In this document: positions 1 through 11,564 of the stretch, one piece after another
How the letters are laid out: each line of letters begins with the position of its first letter
Numbering within the stretch: position 1 is the stretch's first letter
Assembly (NCBI GenBank): GCA_904063045.1
Contig: CAJFCJ010000008.1
Coordinates: 1,364,001 to 1,428,000, forward strand
Origin: Dimorphilus gyrociliatus
Taxonomy: Eukaryota > Animalia > Annelida
DNA length: 64,000 bases
Direction: 5' to 3'
Program-made: the position numbers and the translations under genes
Notes under the pieces: generated by a model
The model's input: only the letters and a program-made list of their open reading frames with translations
The model's database searches: none
Told to the model about the DNA's origin: nothing

Positions 1-3000
1 CTTTAGACCTTTTCCTGTTTTTATATCGTCGTACTTTACTTGCTGAATACAATTAGCTTCGTCAACTTTTCTTAATGATGTCTCTTGAAGGCAAATATTT
101 TAAAGAAAGTACACGTACATTGTAGTCAATGTAATAACATATGCAGTTTGATGGATAAATAAATGTTATTATCGACGAATAAAGCTAAAGCGTAAAAAGG
201 CGAAGGTCTAATGGGAATCATGATTAATGACCGACTTTCACATTAACCGCTTTAGATGTATTGTCCTTGAGAAAATATAGTTTTCGCTATATAAAATGAA
301 ATTATAATAAATAGTAAAAAAGAAAAAGAATAACAGAAAATTCTTCATAGCTTTCATATTTTCGATCTATTATTGTTAAAAATTTAATAAAAAATGGCAT
401 GTTTTCCGCAAAGATGTTTTTCGCCTTCTTCCTAAATGAAGTAAAATTTCTCAAAATAGATTCTTAAAACTATTTTAAAAGTAATAAACTTACTAAAAGA
501 GTATACTCTTTTTTATTATTTATGCACTGGTTTGTTTTAAAGATTTAGTAAGGGCAATGGACTGCAATCTGTCCAGTAAAATAGCTAAAAAAACATCTAT
601 GCCTTATAGTTTTTGAATGTTTACTATATCATGTCATAGAATTATTATTTTATTTTACACTTTTCATTTCTTCCCTTGATGGAATTTTGATAACCGGAAA
701 TCATAATAATGTCTACAATGATGATAAATAGTAAAAGGAAATTTATATAGTATAAATTTATATATATATACAATATATACAGTATATATATACTATAGAT
801 GCTATTAAAATAAACTATTTTAAACTTATTCATATAATATTCTACGTGAACTATACCTTCTTTTTCTTTTAGCATGTTGAGAACTATGTTTTGTTGGCAA
901 AATCATAATTATACTCTGAATTTGGGAATTTAGACTATTTTTTCCCCCTTTGAAAATTGTGTTTCGCTAATCCCAGAAGTCTTTTAATATTCCGCTCCAT
1001 AAAATATCGTACCTTCTTAGTAAAAAGAGGAAGGCGTTAGTGTTTTTTATATCTTTCTGCTTGATTCATGTTCTCAACTATTTTGAGTAAGTTTAGAGGC
1101 TCCGTTTAAATACATCTATAAAAGTGTTATTAATTGTCAAACATATACAGTATATATATAATATTGTATGTAAAAATAATGATATTCGGAAGGAAAAGTA
1201 AGATGTATAAGATGTCAAACTAAACGTAATGATAGCCTCTGTGAATATTTCTTATCCCATAAATCCTTTATACAAATACAAAATGAATATAAGGCAAGCA
1301 AAAATGATTTTCAATAGTTGTGGGTAATAATTTCATACAAAAATGGTATGTATTCATAAAATTTTTATTTTTATATATGAGTATATATCGTATGTATATA
1401 TATATGTTAGTATATGCAGTATATATATATATATATAAATATAATTTATGAACTAGCTCACAGAGTATAAAGATATATAAAGCTAATATATAATTATATT
1501 AATATTTTATTTAATTTCTATGTTTATATCAATCTAAGAGCACATTTGTTTAAGACTTTAATTAATAAACGCCAACATCTTTTCTTTGATTAATTAGAGA
1601 TATATAAAAGTCTCTTCTTTGTTTCTGTTTTTATAGGAATCCCTTTTTCCTGTAATTGTATGCTTCCATTGTAGAATTTGACGTTCCGGGAAAACTATTT
1701 TTTATGAGAATATGGAAACAAATCGAAAAAAAAATTAACATGGGATTACAGATATATATAGCATATATATATATATAGTATATACATTTATATTAATAAT
1801 GTATTATGACTTTCAGATTTTATATTATCTTATATATATATATATATATATATATATTCTGTATATTTGCATTAGTATACTCCTGAGAAAAAACAATCTG
1901 AGGAATGTTTTGCTTGATTGCTGTCTATTCAACAAAAATTTATTGACAAAATTCGATAAATTATTTTACTTCAAAAGATTCTGCTATGACAACGAAAAAT
2001 GCTTTCTGTCTTTTTTTAATAGGAATAAATTTGAGTAAATGCTAGGGAAAACTTGACCGCTAGCTGTTAATCAACAAAAACTAAAATCAGTAAAGTCTAG
2101 AGATTACAACGACTATTTTTTTTCGCAGGTTATTGATTAATCGGAATAGGAATTTTTTGCTGGCTGTTTTGCTCAATATAATATAAAGTTATCTTCTTCC
2201 TTTTATACACAACTATTTGCATATTCATTTGTAGGTTTTATTAGAAATCGGTACATTTTTTTGGCAAAGGGTTTAACCTTTTTAGCTATCTCTTCTATTT
2301 ACTCAACGATTGTATAATATTTTTCCTAAGAGCAATTTCTAATTCAAAACTGCAGTTTAAGTGAAGACAGATCAAGAGCACATGCAAACTTTATTCTTGT
2401 ATTCTCTGTTGCTCATTTAGAGGATGGTTTAAATTTTATCTTTATCGATAGATGGCATATATCATAGAATGAAGCGCCATCTAAACGAAGTTTAATTTCT
2501 CCTGCCTATGTCCTGGCAAATAGATAGGGCAAGTTTTTTCGACTTGTTAGTTTAAATCTTTCATTGTGTCCTCTATTCAAGAAGAGGAAACTATTTTCCA
2601 GCCGCTTTAAGTATTTCTTTCATAATGAGAGCAACTTGAAATGATTGAAAATCTCAGAGAAGATAAATGTAACAAATTTCAACATATTTTTACAATTGGA
2701 TTTTCAGCGTATGTTTTAATTAGCAAAAATTTCGACAGGTAAAACTTAATTATTTAAGATAAAAACGTGCTTTGACTAATCAATAAACGAAAGTAATTTA
2801 TTTATTAATCAATATTCAAATATTTCTTAACTTTATGCTTCTAATTCTATAATAAAAATTTGCTTATATTGTTTTCTAAACGAACATCATAAATAGTTGA
2901 TTTGCATTTGAAAATTAGTGTTTTATTTTAAGCTTATTATAAGTTGTCTTGGAGAAGATCTAAAGAGAAAAGTAATAAAACAATCATTTAATCAATAAAA

Positions 3001-3686
3001 GTAACAAATAATATATTTAAAGTTAAAACAAAACAGGAAAAAAACATGAAATATAAATTAACGAAATGAAGAAAGCCTCAACGTATACAACCAAGTTTTA
3101 AGAGAAATACTCAGACACTATAATATAAGAAGGAGAGGGAGTAAGTGAGTGTTACAAAAAGAGGGCTACATCGCTGAATAGACATACAGATAGAAATAAA
3201 TAAAGAGTATATAAATATAAATAGCCTATTTCTTAAGATCTAAGGTAGTAAAAAAATTTCTTCTTTAATTTGTGAATTTTTTCAATTATACGCTCTACTT
3301 ATAAATTTTTTCTTTTTGGAAATACTTTTGTCTCTTATTCTTGAAAGAAAATTAAGGAAAATTAATAGGTACTTTTCTTTTGCCGGTTAAAACCTAAAAA
3401 GAATTTTCTCTATGCAAGTTTCAACATATACAGTATATACCTTGTATAAAGATAGTATCATATACGGTTGATGTGTAATTCTATAACATTCTCACGAACA
3501 AAAATTCTCTCATTATTGTTTATTTTCGTGTAATTTTCCTAAAGCATTTCTTAATAAGAAATTGATTTGTACATAAGAGAAATAAAACTTTTTACCCTCG
3601 TTTTCAGTTTTTCTTTTAATTCTTTATATCCTATTTAGCAAAAATATTTTTAAACAGATTGCTTCCACATTTTTGGAGGATTTAAT

Positions 3687-4055
3687 ATGCCAAAGTATAG
3701 ATGTAAACCTAAAAAAGTTGAAATAACTGATAGATACGAAAAAACAGAAACATATCATACTAATAAAGTACAATCCTTAACGTCTACAAGTACTACGTAC
3801 GATTGCGAGGATTACGGAAATATTTCCGGTATTTTAGATACTACTTCTTGTTCGTCTGGAAATGAAGAAACTTCTGCTTATAGCGATTTTATCAACATTA
3901 AAACTGAATCCATAGAGGAGGCTGTTAAATATGAAATATCTAAGCAACTGGAAAGTTACAGAAATTTACAGTCCCCAATGGCAGATATAAGTTTACCAGA
4001 TTTCTTAACTGGATTTAATAAGTCATCTAAGAGAGGAAAAACTTCAAAACTTTAA
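3687..4055 (+). CDS. Putative small orphan protein (122 aa, Ser/Thr/acidic-rich), probably with an intron in the 5' UTR
   Basis: 122-codon ATG ORF in very AT-rich DNA with protein-like composition. Acceptor ttttaaacAG ends at 3657, a strong GTAAGT donor lies at 3141, and AATAAA (4069-4074) follows the stop. No recognisable homology. Confidence 0.4.
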   Translation: MPKYRCKPKKVEITDRYEKTETYHTNKVQSLTSTSTTYDCEDYGNISGILDTTSCSSGNEETSAYSDFINIKTESIEEAVKYEISKQLESYRNLQSPMADISLPDFLTGFNKSSKRGKTSKL

Positions 4056-6748
4056 AAATATAATTGTAAATAAATGTTATTTGACGCTGTCAAATATTTA
4101 TTGGCAAAAATTGTATATTATTCGAATTAAACACTATCTTAAAAGATAGATTCCGTCATATATCTCACACTTTGGTGTTATCACTAGCAATAATTTGAAA
4201 AGATAAATATGAGATGACATAATATATAATATTATTATATAAGTTTCAACTTCCGATTTACATTTAAAATGAGATAATCGCAAATATTGAAGTATATTTC
4301 AACTGAAATAAAACAATGATAGATCACACAAAAAAAATCAATTTCAAAAGTAAAAATATATCATATTTCGGAAAAAATGATAGCCTGCTGGGATTTTAAT
4401 GAATTATGAGATCGCAAAGGAAATATTAATTGGGTATTTATACTTAAAAGCGATAAATAATCATAAAAAGAGGGAAATGAAAAAGAAATCATATTGATTT
4501 ACCGAAGCGTTGAATAGCTAAATAAAGAATAGAGAGCTAATTACGATTATCCATAGAGTACTAAAAATGAAAGAAAAAACAAGGTAATTTCATTTCGTTG
4601 AAGACTATACCCTTTGCTGAAACTATATATCATTTAATGGAGAACCATTCGAATATTCATGATAATCTATCTTATATTAATAAATGGAAGCTTTTGCATT
4701 TTCGAATAAGGAATAAGACAAAAACAGCTGCAGTATACTGTATACGGATGACAATTGATTAATGTAAGAAAAAAGATGATAAGTTAACAAAGTAATAAGC
4801 GAAAATGGACTATCTTGAAATAAAGATAAATTATCCTAAACTTTTGTTTTAAACCTAAGAAAAAATTTAACGAATGTTAAGGTTACTCTCATCTAGATAA
4901 AGCTGTTTGGATAGAGAAAAGAAAAATCAATACATTCAATAAACTTTCAGACATTAGAGATTTGTTAAGAAGTGCTAAAAATGGCAAAGAAATAAACAAT
5001 TCAATAAAGTCTGATAAACTAATCGACTAAAATAGAAGAAGAGATAAAAGAAAGAACAATATAAAAAATCCAATATTACTCGCTTTTATCAAATAGGTCG
5101 AAAGCGTGAGAATATGCCTCGAGTGAAACGTGACTGCAAAAAACGACGAGAAAGAATATTGAAGGGCTGAAAAATTTCTTTCTTTTATCAATTTTCCATT
5201 TCTTTAGCGTTTATTATATGTTTAAAATTTTACGTTTAGTTAGATATTATAACTTTTATCCTGTATATTTTTATCAAGCATATTTGAAACGATGCAAAAA
5301 CAATTCCGTTGAGAGAAGAACTGTCATAAGCTATTTTAGAAAATATTGTTGTATAGTAGAAACATGTCAAATGAATACAATATCCAATTGATGAATTTTA
5401 AATAATTCCTTTAGTTGTTGGAGAAATCTCAGGACGAACAGTCCATTCCCTATTTTTTCCTTGACCTCGGAAAAAATAATTCCATTCCTTAGAAGTAGTT
5501 TTAGTAGTATCAGTAAAATTCATTTGGCAGAGGATATTTTGCTTTTTCAGGTTAACTGAAATAACAGAATGATACTTTTCATCTTCATTCATACTTCGTT
5601 TTGAGTCTCGTTGGGACCTTTTTAACATAATTTAAGCGGCTTTTCATTATTATAAAGTTTTCAACAAACTAACCCAAAATATTGAATAGAATGTTGAGGA
5701 GTCGATGAACTCTGCTTACTTTGCATAATAGTTCATGTAGTTGATATTACAATAAAACCTTTTATGAATGTAAATTTTCCTCTCTAGCTCTAGTTATGTA
5801 ACCGTAAATAGCAAAATTCATTAAAACGATTGCAATCACATGGAGAAGACCTATAACTTTGTTTATTTACGCACTAGTTGGCGTTAGGCAAATGAGCTAC
5901 GTCAATGAAATTCTATATGTGTTCTTTATTTATTGGTTGATTAAAAATGGCTAAGATGAAAGAGGACGTTTTTTTCGAAGAAAATTTATAAAAAAAAACA
6001 TTAGATGGTTTAAAGCGATAACAAATAATAAATTAGGTAATTTAATGAGTTTTAACCTATAACCCTTATGAGAAATTTTTACTTTGACAATATATAAAAA
6101 AGCAACAAATTTTCATTTTCAGTTTTTGCTATATTTCCAGAATATTTTGTAGTTATTTGAGGAATCGATCAATCAAATGAAAAGAATTTTTTACTACCTT
6201 TATAATAATTGTTATTACAGCACATAGAATACAATTTAATATTTTTCAATTTAGCAAGCTTAGCATAATCTTTCCATATAGATAAACCTTTTTGACCTTA
6301 ATGACTAAATGTGATACTCACACCTTAAGGTGATAACCTTTTAATCCGGTGAAAGATAATTCCCTAAAAAATTGAAATTTACCAAAATGATTTACTATAT
6401 ACATTGGTGTTATTTTTTTAAACTTCGCATGTTAGTCTCTTGATAACAGTGAATTTTATATTTGGAATGATAACAATAATTGATGAACTAAAAAATTGTA
6501 GATGGCGCTTAACAGAAAGCCCTCAAATAGTATTATTTAAATGAGGAGAACAGAATTAAAGCGTTATTAAAATTAACGTTATTTTCTTAGAATATAAATA
6601 GATGATAAAGTTGTGACACACTTGGTCACCGTCAGTTATCACTTTCTTGGTAGTGATTAGTATAAGGCCTTTATTTCCAAGTATTTCCCATAGGTGATTA
6701 GGCTTAAATTATATCAGGTTTATTAAGACAAACATGTAAACTGAAAAG

Positions 6749-7744
6749 TTAAGGTTTTGCCTTTACATAAGTATAATTAATGTTTCCGTCATCATCTACA
6801 AATTTTAGAGTGACTTCATTTTCGCACACATGAACAGCCAAAAAGCCAAAAGCATCTTCAAATTTTTCTAATGTGATGCCTTCTTGTTGAAGAATTCCTA
6901 CGTGATCCTCATCTAGAAAATAAGGGAATGCTCCACCTGCTCCGTTTACGATAAATTCAGTATTCGTGTTGTTCATAAATTTCAAATGTTGTAAGTTATG
7001 ATCATGACCAGTGATAAAGAGATCGACATTATAGCCATCGTCAGCAATAGGTTGTAATATATCTCTTTTAATAGTATTTTGAATTGGCCCATGTCTACCT
7101 GCACTATAAACTGGATGATGAGCAATTACAAATGTCCAATGCTCTTTATTTTCCAGCGCACTTTTTAGGAATTCTGTTTGACTTTCAGGATTATTTTCTT
7201 GAGCTCTAAATGCTTGAGAGTCTAAAACAATGAACTTTATCTTCTTATTGTTATATAGTTCCTTTTCAAAAGTATACCATAAGTCAGGAAAGTACCATCT
7301 TGATTCATTTCTGCCAAACTCTATCTGAAACCATTCATTTCCATTTTTCAAGCCATAATCATGATTTCCTACGGAAATATACCACGTTAGTTCTTTCAAC
7401 GAAGGTTGATTGTAGACATCTCTCCATTTTGAATCAAACTGCTCATCAGTTGCTGATTCTACTCCATCGGGATAAAAATTATCACCACTAGTTAATACGA
7501 AATCAACTGGATTTTCATCGGCGTATTTGGCCATAGCTTCAGCAATAGGAAGCTGTCCGATGCCTGTAATCGCACCCCAATCTCCGATATTAATAAAATC
7601 AACACATCCATTTTCTTGCCCCTTGCCTGTGAAGTCAAATAAGTAACTTTAAAACAATCTAGATATTTCTTCTTATAAAGAAATTTTACTTAGAACTGTA
7701 ACGGAAAAACTAAGAATCGCTATAAAACATTTAAAGAGTCGCAT
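6749..7744 (-). CDS. ACP5: Secreted purple (tartrate-resistant) acid phosphatase, 310 aa; exons 7744-7690 and 7626-6749
   Basis: All metal-ligand motifs of the PAP/ACP5 family occur in order: GDWG, GDNFY, GNHD, AHHP, GHDH. Exon 1 encodes the signal peptide MRLFKCFIAILSFSVTVLS. A 63-nt phase-1 GT-AG intron (7689-7627) joins the exons in frame. Confidence 0.92.
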
Positions 7745-8804
7745 TTTCTATTGTTGCTGGTCGAGAACCTGGCATATGCGGATACTATCTCCCAGAGAAG
7801 TTGAACTTATAAATGATATTTATCAGATAAACTGATAAAAATGAATAATATCTAATAAATAATTTTTAACTTGCTCTAATTATGTATAAAAATAACACTA
7901 AAAATAGAACATTTTTAAGCTAGGGTTTTAAATAAATATCAATATTTATATTCTTACATTTCATAATAATAAGTTAAAATAAATAATGAAAATGTTTCTC
8001 AAGATAATTTCAAATAGCAATTGGGAAAAGTCTAATAGAAAACAGCTAATGAAAATGAATATGATGAATAATTTCCTGTTAATTAAAATGGAAAAATATT
8101 TTTACAAGTAGTATAGAGAGGTAGAAAGTTCCGTTAGATAAATAGTATTCATTTCTTTCAACTAAGTGCTATAAATAACAATATAGATCTATTTTTTCAC
8201 GAATAGGTCACTTATGACGTCTTTTTTACTGTCACTTCACAATATTCATATCCTAATATTACAAAATATAATCGAGATGGAAACAGCAGAGAAAGAAAAT
8301 GATGGCAATGTAAAATATGAGTAAGATTTCTACATAAAAAAATTCAAATTCTATAAATTCTTCAGGTTTTTTGTCCAATGAGATTAACAGATTACTCTCA
8401 TAATTAATTGTCTTAAAAACTACTTTCTTAAAATGAAACGATTGAGAAAAGGGTTTTTGGATAAGAAAATTACGAGAAGAGAAATGTGTCTATAAGATAT
8501 TTTATTAAACTATGTTTTGATATTTTTCAACACCCTTTCGTTATTTAAAATCTTTGGTTTCATTTTAACTCATAAATTACTCTTCTAAAAAGTCAAAAAG
8601 CCATAAAGCACTCCAGTTGAAAGAGCATAAACTTTTCTGCCAATAAATCACACAAAACCCTCTTATATAATATAAACAAGCATTCCAACCATACTCTATT
8701 TTGAAGAGAGTCTTCTTTATACGATAAAAATAATGAAATGAATGGAAATACTTATCAAAAAAGAAAACATCAGTGTTTTTTAATAATTCTAATAAATTTT
8801 TTAA

Positions 8805-9025
8805 CACGCTCGTCCACCATTCTTAGTTCTTCTTATCGCCCGTAGGAAACTGGGAAAAAATCTCAGCATGATTGAAAACACCGGCCCGAAGCGTTGCATT
8901 AAGGCGAAAAACAACAGGTGATGATTCAAACAGGCCTAGAGGATATCTATGAAAGATTTCTCGGCTTAGTCGGCTGTTAGGGTTCGGACTGGTTGGCTTG
9001 GCTAATGGATAAGCTTTCTTTTAGT
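8805..9025 (-). ncRNA. Candidate structured ncRNA with a telomerase-RNA-like core (template AACCCUAAC, long stem, pseudoknot); speculative
   Basis: GC-elevated island with no credible ORF. On the minus strand the 9-mer AACCCTAAC (8984-8976) is followed by a long imperfect hairpin (8944-8911 with 8897-8860). Its loop TCGCCTTA (8907-8900) can pair with downstream TA(C)GGGCGA (8844-8836). No convincing CR4/5 or H/ACA domain was found. Confidence 0.2.
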
Positions 9026-11000
9026 TTGGACCAGTAAATTTTTAAAGTTAGTATAGTATATAAGCTACAAAAATAGAAATAATTATAGACTTCAAATGCC
9101 TATATTCTTATCAACAATTAATAAATTAGGATTAAAATAATAAATATGTTTTACTGCTTAAAGCGATTAATAAGTGAAAGGAAATGATTCATATAAATTA
9201 TATAAAAGTATAGTTTTCTTTATTTATTTATGATGTATCCAATACATATATACTTTATATATATATTATATACAGTAGATAATAAATGTACACCGTACAT
9301 GCATATTATATCACTATGCATTTTTGAGATTTTCATGGTATTCAGCATAGTCTGACACTAGGATTTGATATAACCTATATCGGGATATTAACAACTTTAA
9401 GTTATATAGTAGCAATAGTGTTATAATTTTATTGTGTGGATTCATGAGTCAAGTGTTGCTGTATTAATTAATTCGAAGTATATTTCAAACAACTCTGTCT
9501 ATTTTTAATGTATTTCACTCTTCTGGAGTAGTATATGAGTATTAGTCATCAGTGAGCTTGAGCCTTTTAACAAATGCAAGAACCTCTAAAACAAAGAGTA
9601 TAAAAGCTTAAGCTTAGTTTCAAAACTGTTTTCTTTTTCCTTTCAGCTCATTAAGTGAACAGTGTATTGTTGCTATTTATTATAATATAGAAAATTTTCT
9701 AATATATTTATCATTTTTTAAAGAAAACACAAGAAATTGGTTTATTTATTTAATTATTTACCAAATTCTTTTTCATTTCATGTTATAAATGTGACAAAAG
9801 GCATTTTAGCGTGATTCTCAACAACAAAAAAAGAGAAGTCTGTTGAAAGACTCTTCATAAAGTTCACACAAAAACTAACATATTATTGTATGACAAACAA
9901 ATAGTTTGTTAAAGATAATGAAAAGGAAAAACGTATGAAAAAAATGTTAAAATTTGCAGTTTTTAATGAAAGAAATATATGAATTATTCCTATCTGAGAA
10001 GAAAGAATATTTGATATTGCTTCATAGTTTTTTAGTAATAACTTAAATAGTTTGTATCTTTTTTTATGAAGCACTTTAATATAATAGCAGCAATTACAAA
10101 CAAGCTTTACAAAGGGTTGAAAGATCAGTATGTTTTGTTTCAATCAATTATAAAACTGCTGTAAACATCTGTAGCCATCCGTTACACGTCAATGATTAAA
10201 GAATTTGAAATACAACTATGGAAATTCCTTTTCCCAGGAAAAGTTTCTGTCCAGAGTTCGAAAAAGATTAGTAACAACTGATGCCTAACAGCAGTAAAAC
10301 TGCTAAAAAATGTTTCCGCTCTAATGATTGATAAGTAATGGTTTGTATCTTAGGAAAAAACATAGATTTTGATTAGGCCTATTGTGTTTGCATAATAAAC
10401 ATTAACTGTTCTGGATAGTAGTTTGGGTTTTTTTAATTTGTTTGTTACAAAAACAGATAAACATGGAAGCGGGGAGGAAGAGTATTTCGTGAAACGGATA
10501 TAAAGACATTTTTCGTATAGGTAATATTGACTTCTCTTTCAACATTTACTTTCAATTTCATTGTAAATCATAATGATTTCCTGGAAGAGAACTGAAATTT
10601 CTTTCTAGAAATAGACAATGCAGAACATTTGTGTGTACTATAAATGCCCTTTTAAAATACGAAGAAGCTCGAAATCTTTCTCCATTTATCACAAATTTCT
10701 CTTGTATATTTCAACTCCTTTGATTATTGTCGAATAGGTTTTCTTATTTTTCCTCTTGTACATTCGTTATATTTTAAGCTCTTGAAGTCCTCTTTGCCTA
10801 AATATTAAACAAGGATTACCTTTTAAAGTTACTTTTCATACTTTGTAGCTCTATTCCAATGGAATAACTAGTTCCACCTGTTGTTGGTGCGCTTTTTTAG
10901 ATTCAGAGTACGTTATTTTAGTACAAGATATATCTCTATATACTTTATATGAACCTATAACAGAAGAAGAAAGTAATAGAGATAATTGAAAAAAGATTAC

Positions 11001-11013
11001 CCACAAGATGGCG
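11001..11013 (+). promoter_or_regulatory. CTCF-like (or YY1-like) site CCACAAGATGGCG
   Basis: Close to the CTCF core CCASYAGRKGGCR and contains the YY1-type CAAGATGGCG. Lies about 550 bp upstream of the 11565 ATG. One of 8 exact AGATGGCG copies in the window. Confidence 0.5.
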
Positions 11014-11454
11014 TATAGAAAAAAAATAAGGTTGCCCTCATTTTTTATTCAACGTTAACTCTTCGCCTGTGTAAATAGTTAAAGATATGAGTTTGTTTTG
11101 GTGAAAAAAAACCTGAAAAAAAGAACAGGTATGATAAATTATAATGTATTCTATTTATTAGAAATAGCATTTCGAAATAATTTATCCTAAGTTAACCCAA
11201 AGTTCATCTTCTAACCTAGATAACATAGCTTGCGAGAAAAAACGCTGAAGCTGTTAAAATAATAAATTGTTTACAGACTACAAAAAATTAAAATTCTTTA
11301 AAAAAATAAAAATTTAGAAAAAAAAACAAACTTTCTTTTCTAAAAGAGGAATATAATCGATAAGATATTCTAAAAATAATAGACTATGAATAAGACGCTT
11401 TCCCTCGAATTTTCGTTGTAGTTAATGTCTACTATTTCTAAGATAAAAACTTCC

Positions 11455-11468
11455 GTTACCATAGCAAC
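11455..11468 (+). promoter_or_regulatory. RFX X-box GTTACCATAGCAAC with adjacent ETS core (ACTTCCG)
   Basis: Matches the X-box consensus GTHNYYATRRNAAC in full, about 100 bp upstream of the ATG at 11565. Confidence 0.7.
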
Positions 11469-11564
11469 TTTCGCGTTGTGTCGGACTACTTAGAGTACAC
11501 TCAGCCTTTTTCTGCTAGAGGAATAAACTTTTTTCATTTATTTCCGCTTTCAGTTTTTAAAAAA

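Noticed and set aside
1-83. Open minus-strand frame (TSLRKVDEANCIQQVKYDDIKTGKGLK) running off the left edge behind a possible acceptor
   Set aside because: Only about 27 codons, no recognisable homology and no supported upstream exon; it cannot be called without flanking sequence.
5114-5170. MPRVKRDCKKRRERILKG, resembling the ribosomal protein L20 N-terminus
   Set aside because: Stops after 18 aa with no splice continuation; the similarity is limited to six residues.
5398-5628. 76-aa minus-strand ORF
   Set aside because: Short, with an in-frame stop just upstream and no motifs or splice support; could be chance.
10560-10900. Protein-like stretches on the minus strand
   Set aside because: All frames are interrupted by stops, and joining them would need a 24-nt intron; no family recognised.
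11478-11564. GTG-initiated N-terminal extension in the supplied ORF track
   Set aside because: Eukaryotic context; it overlaps a polypyrimidine tract and acceptor (AG at 11552-11553). The ATG at 11565 is the plausible start.
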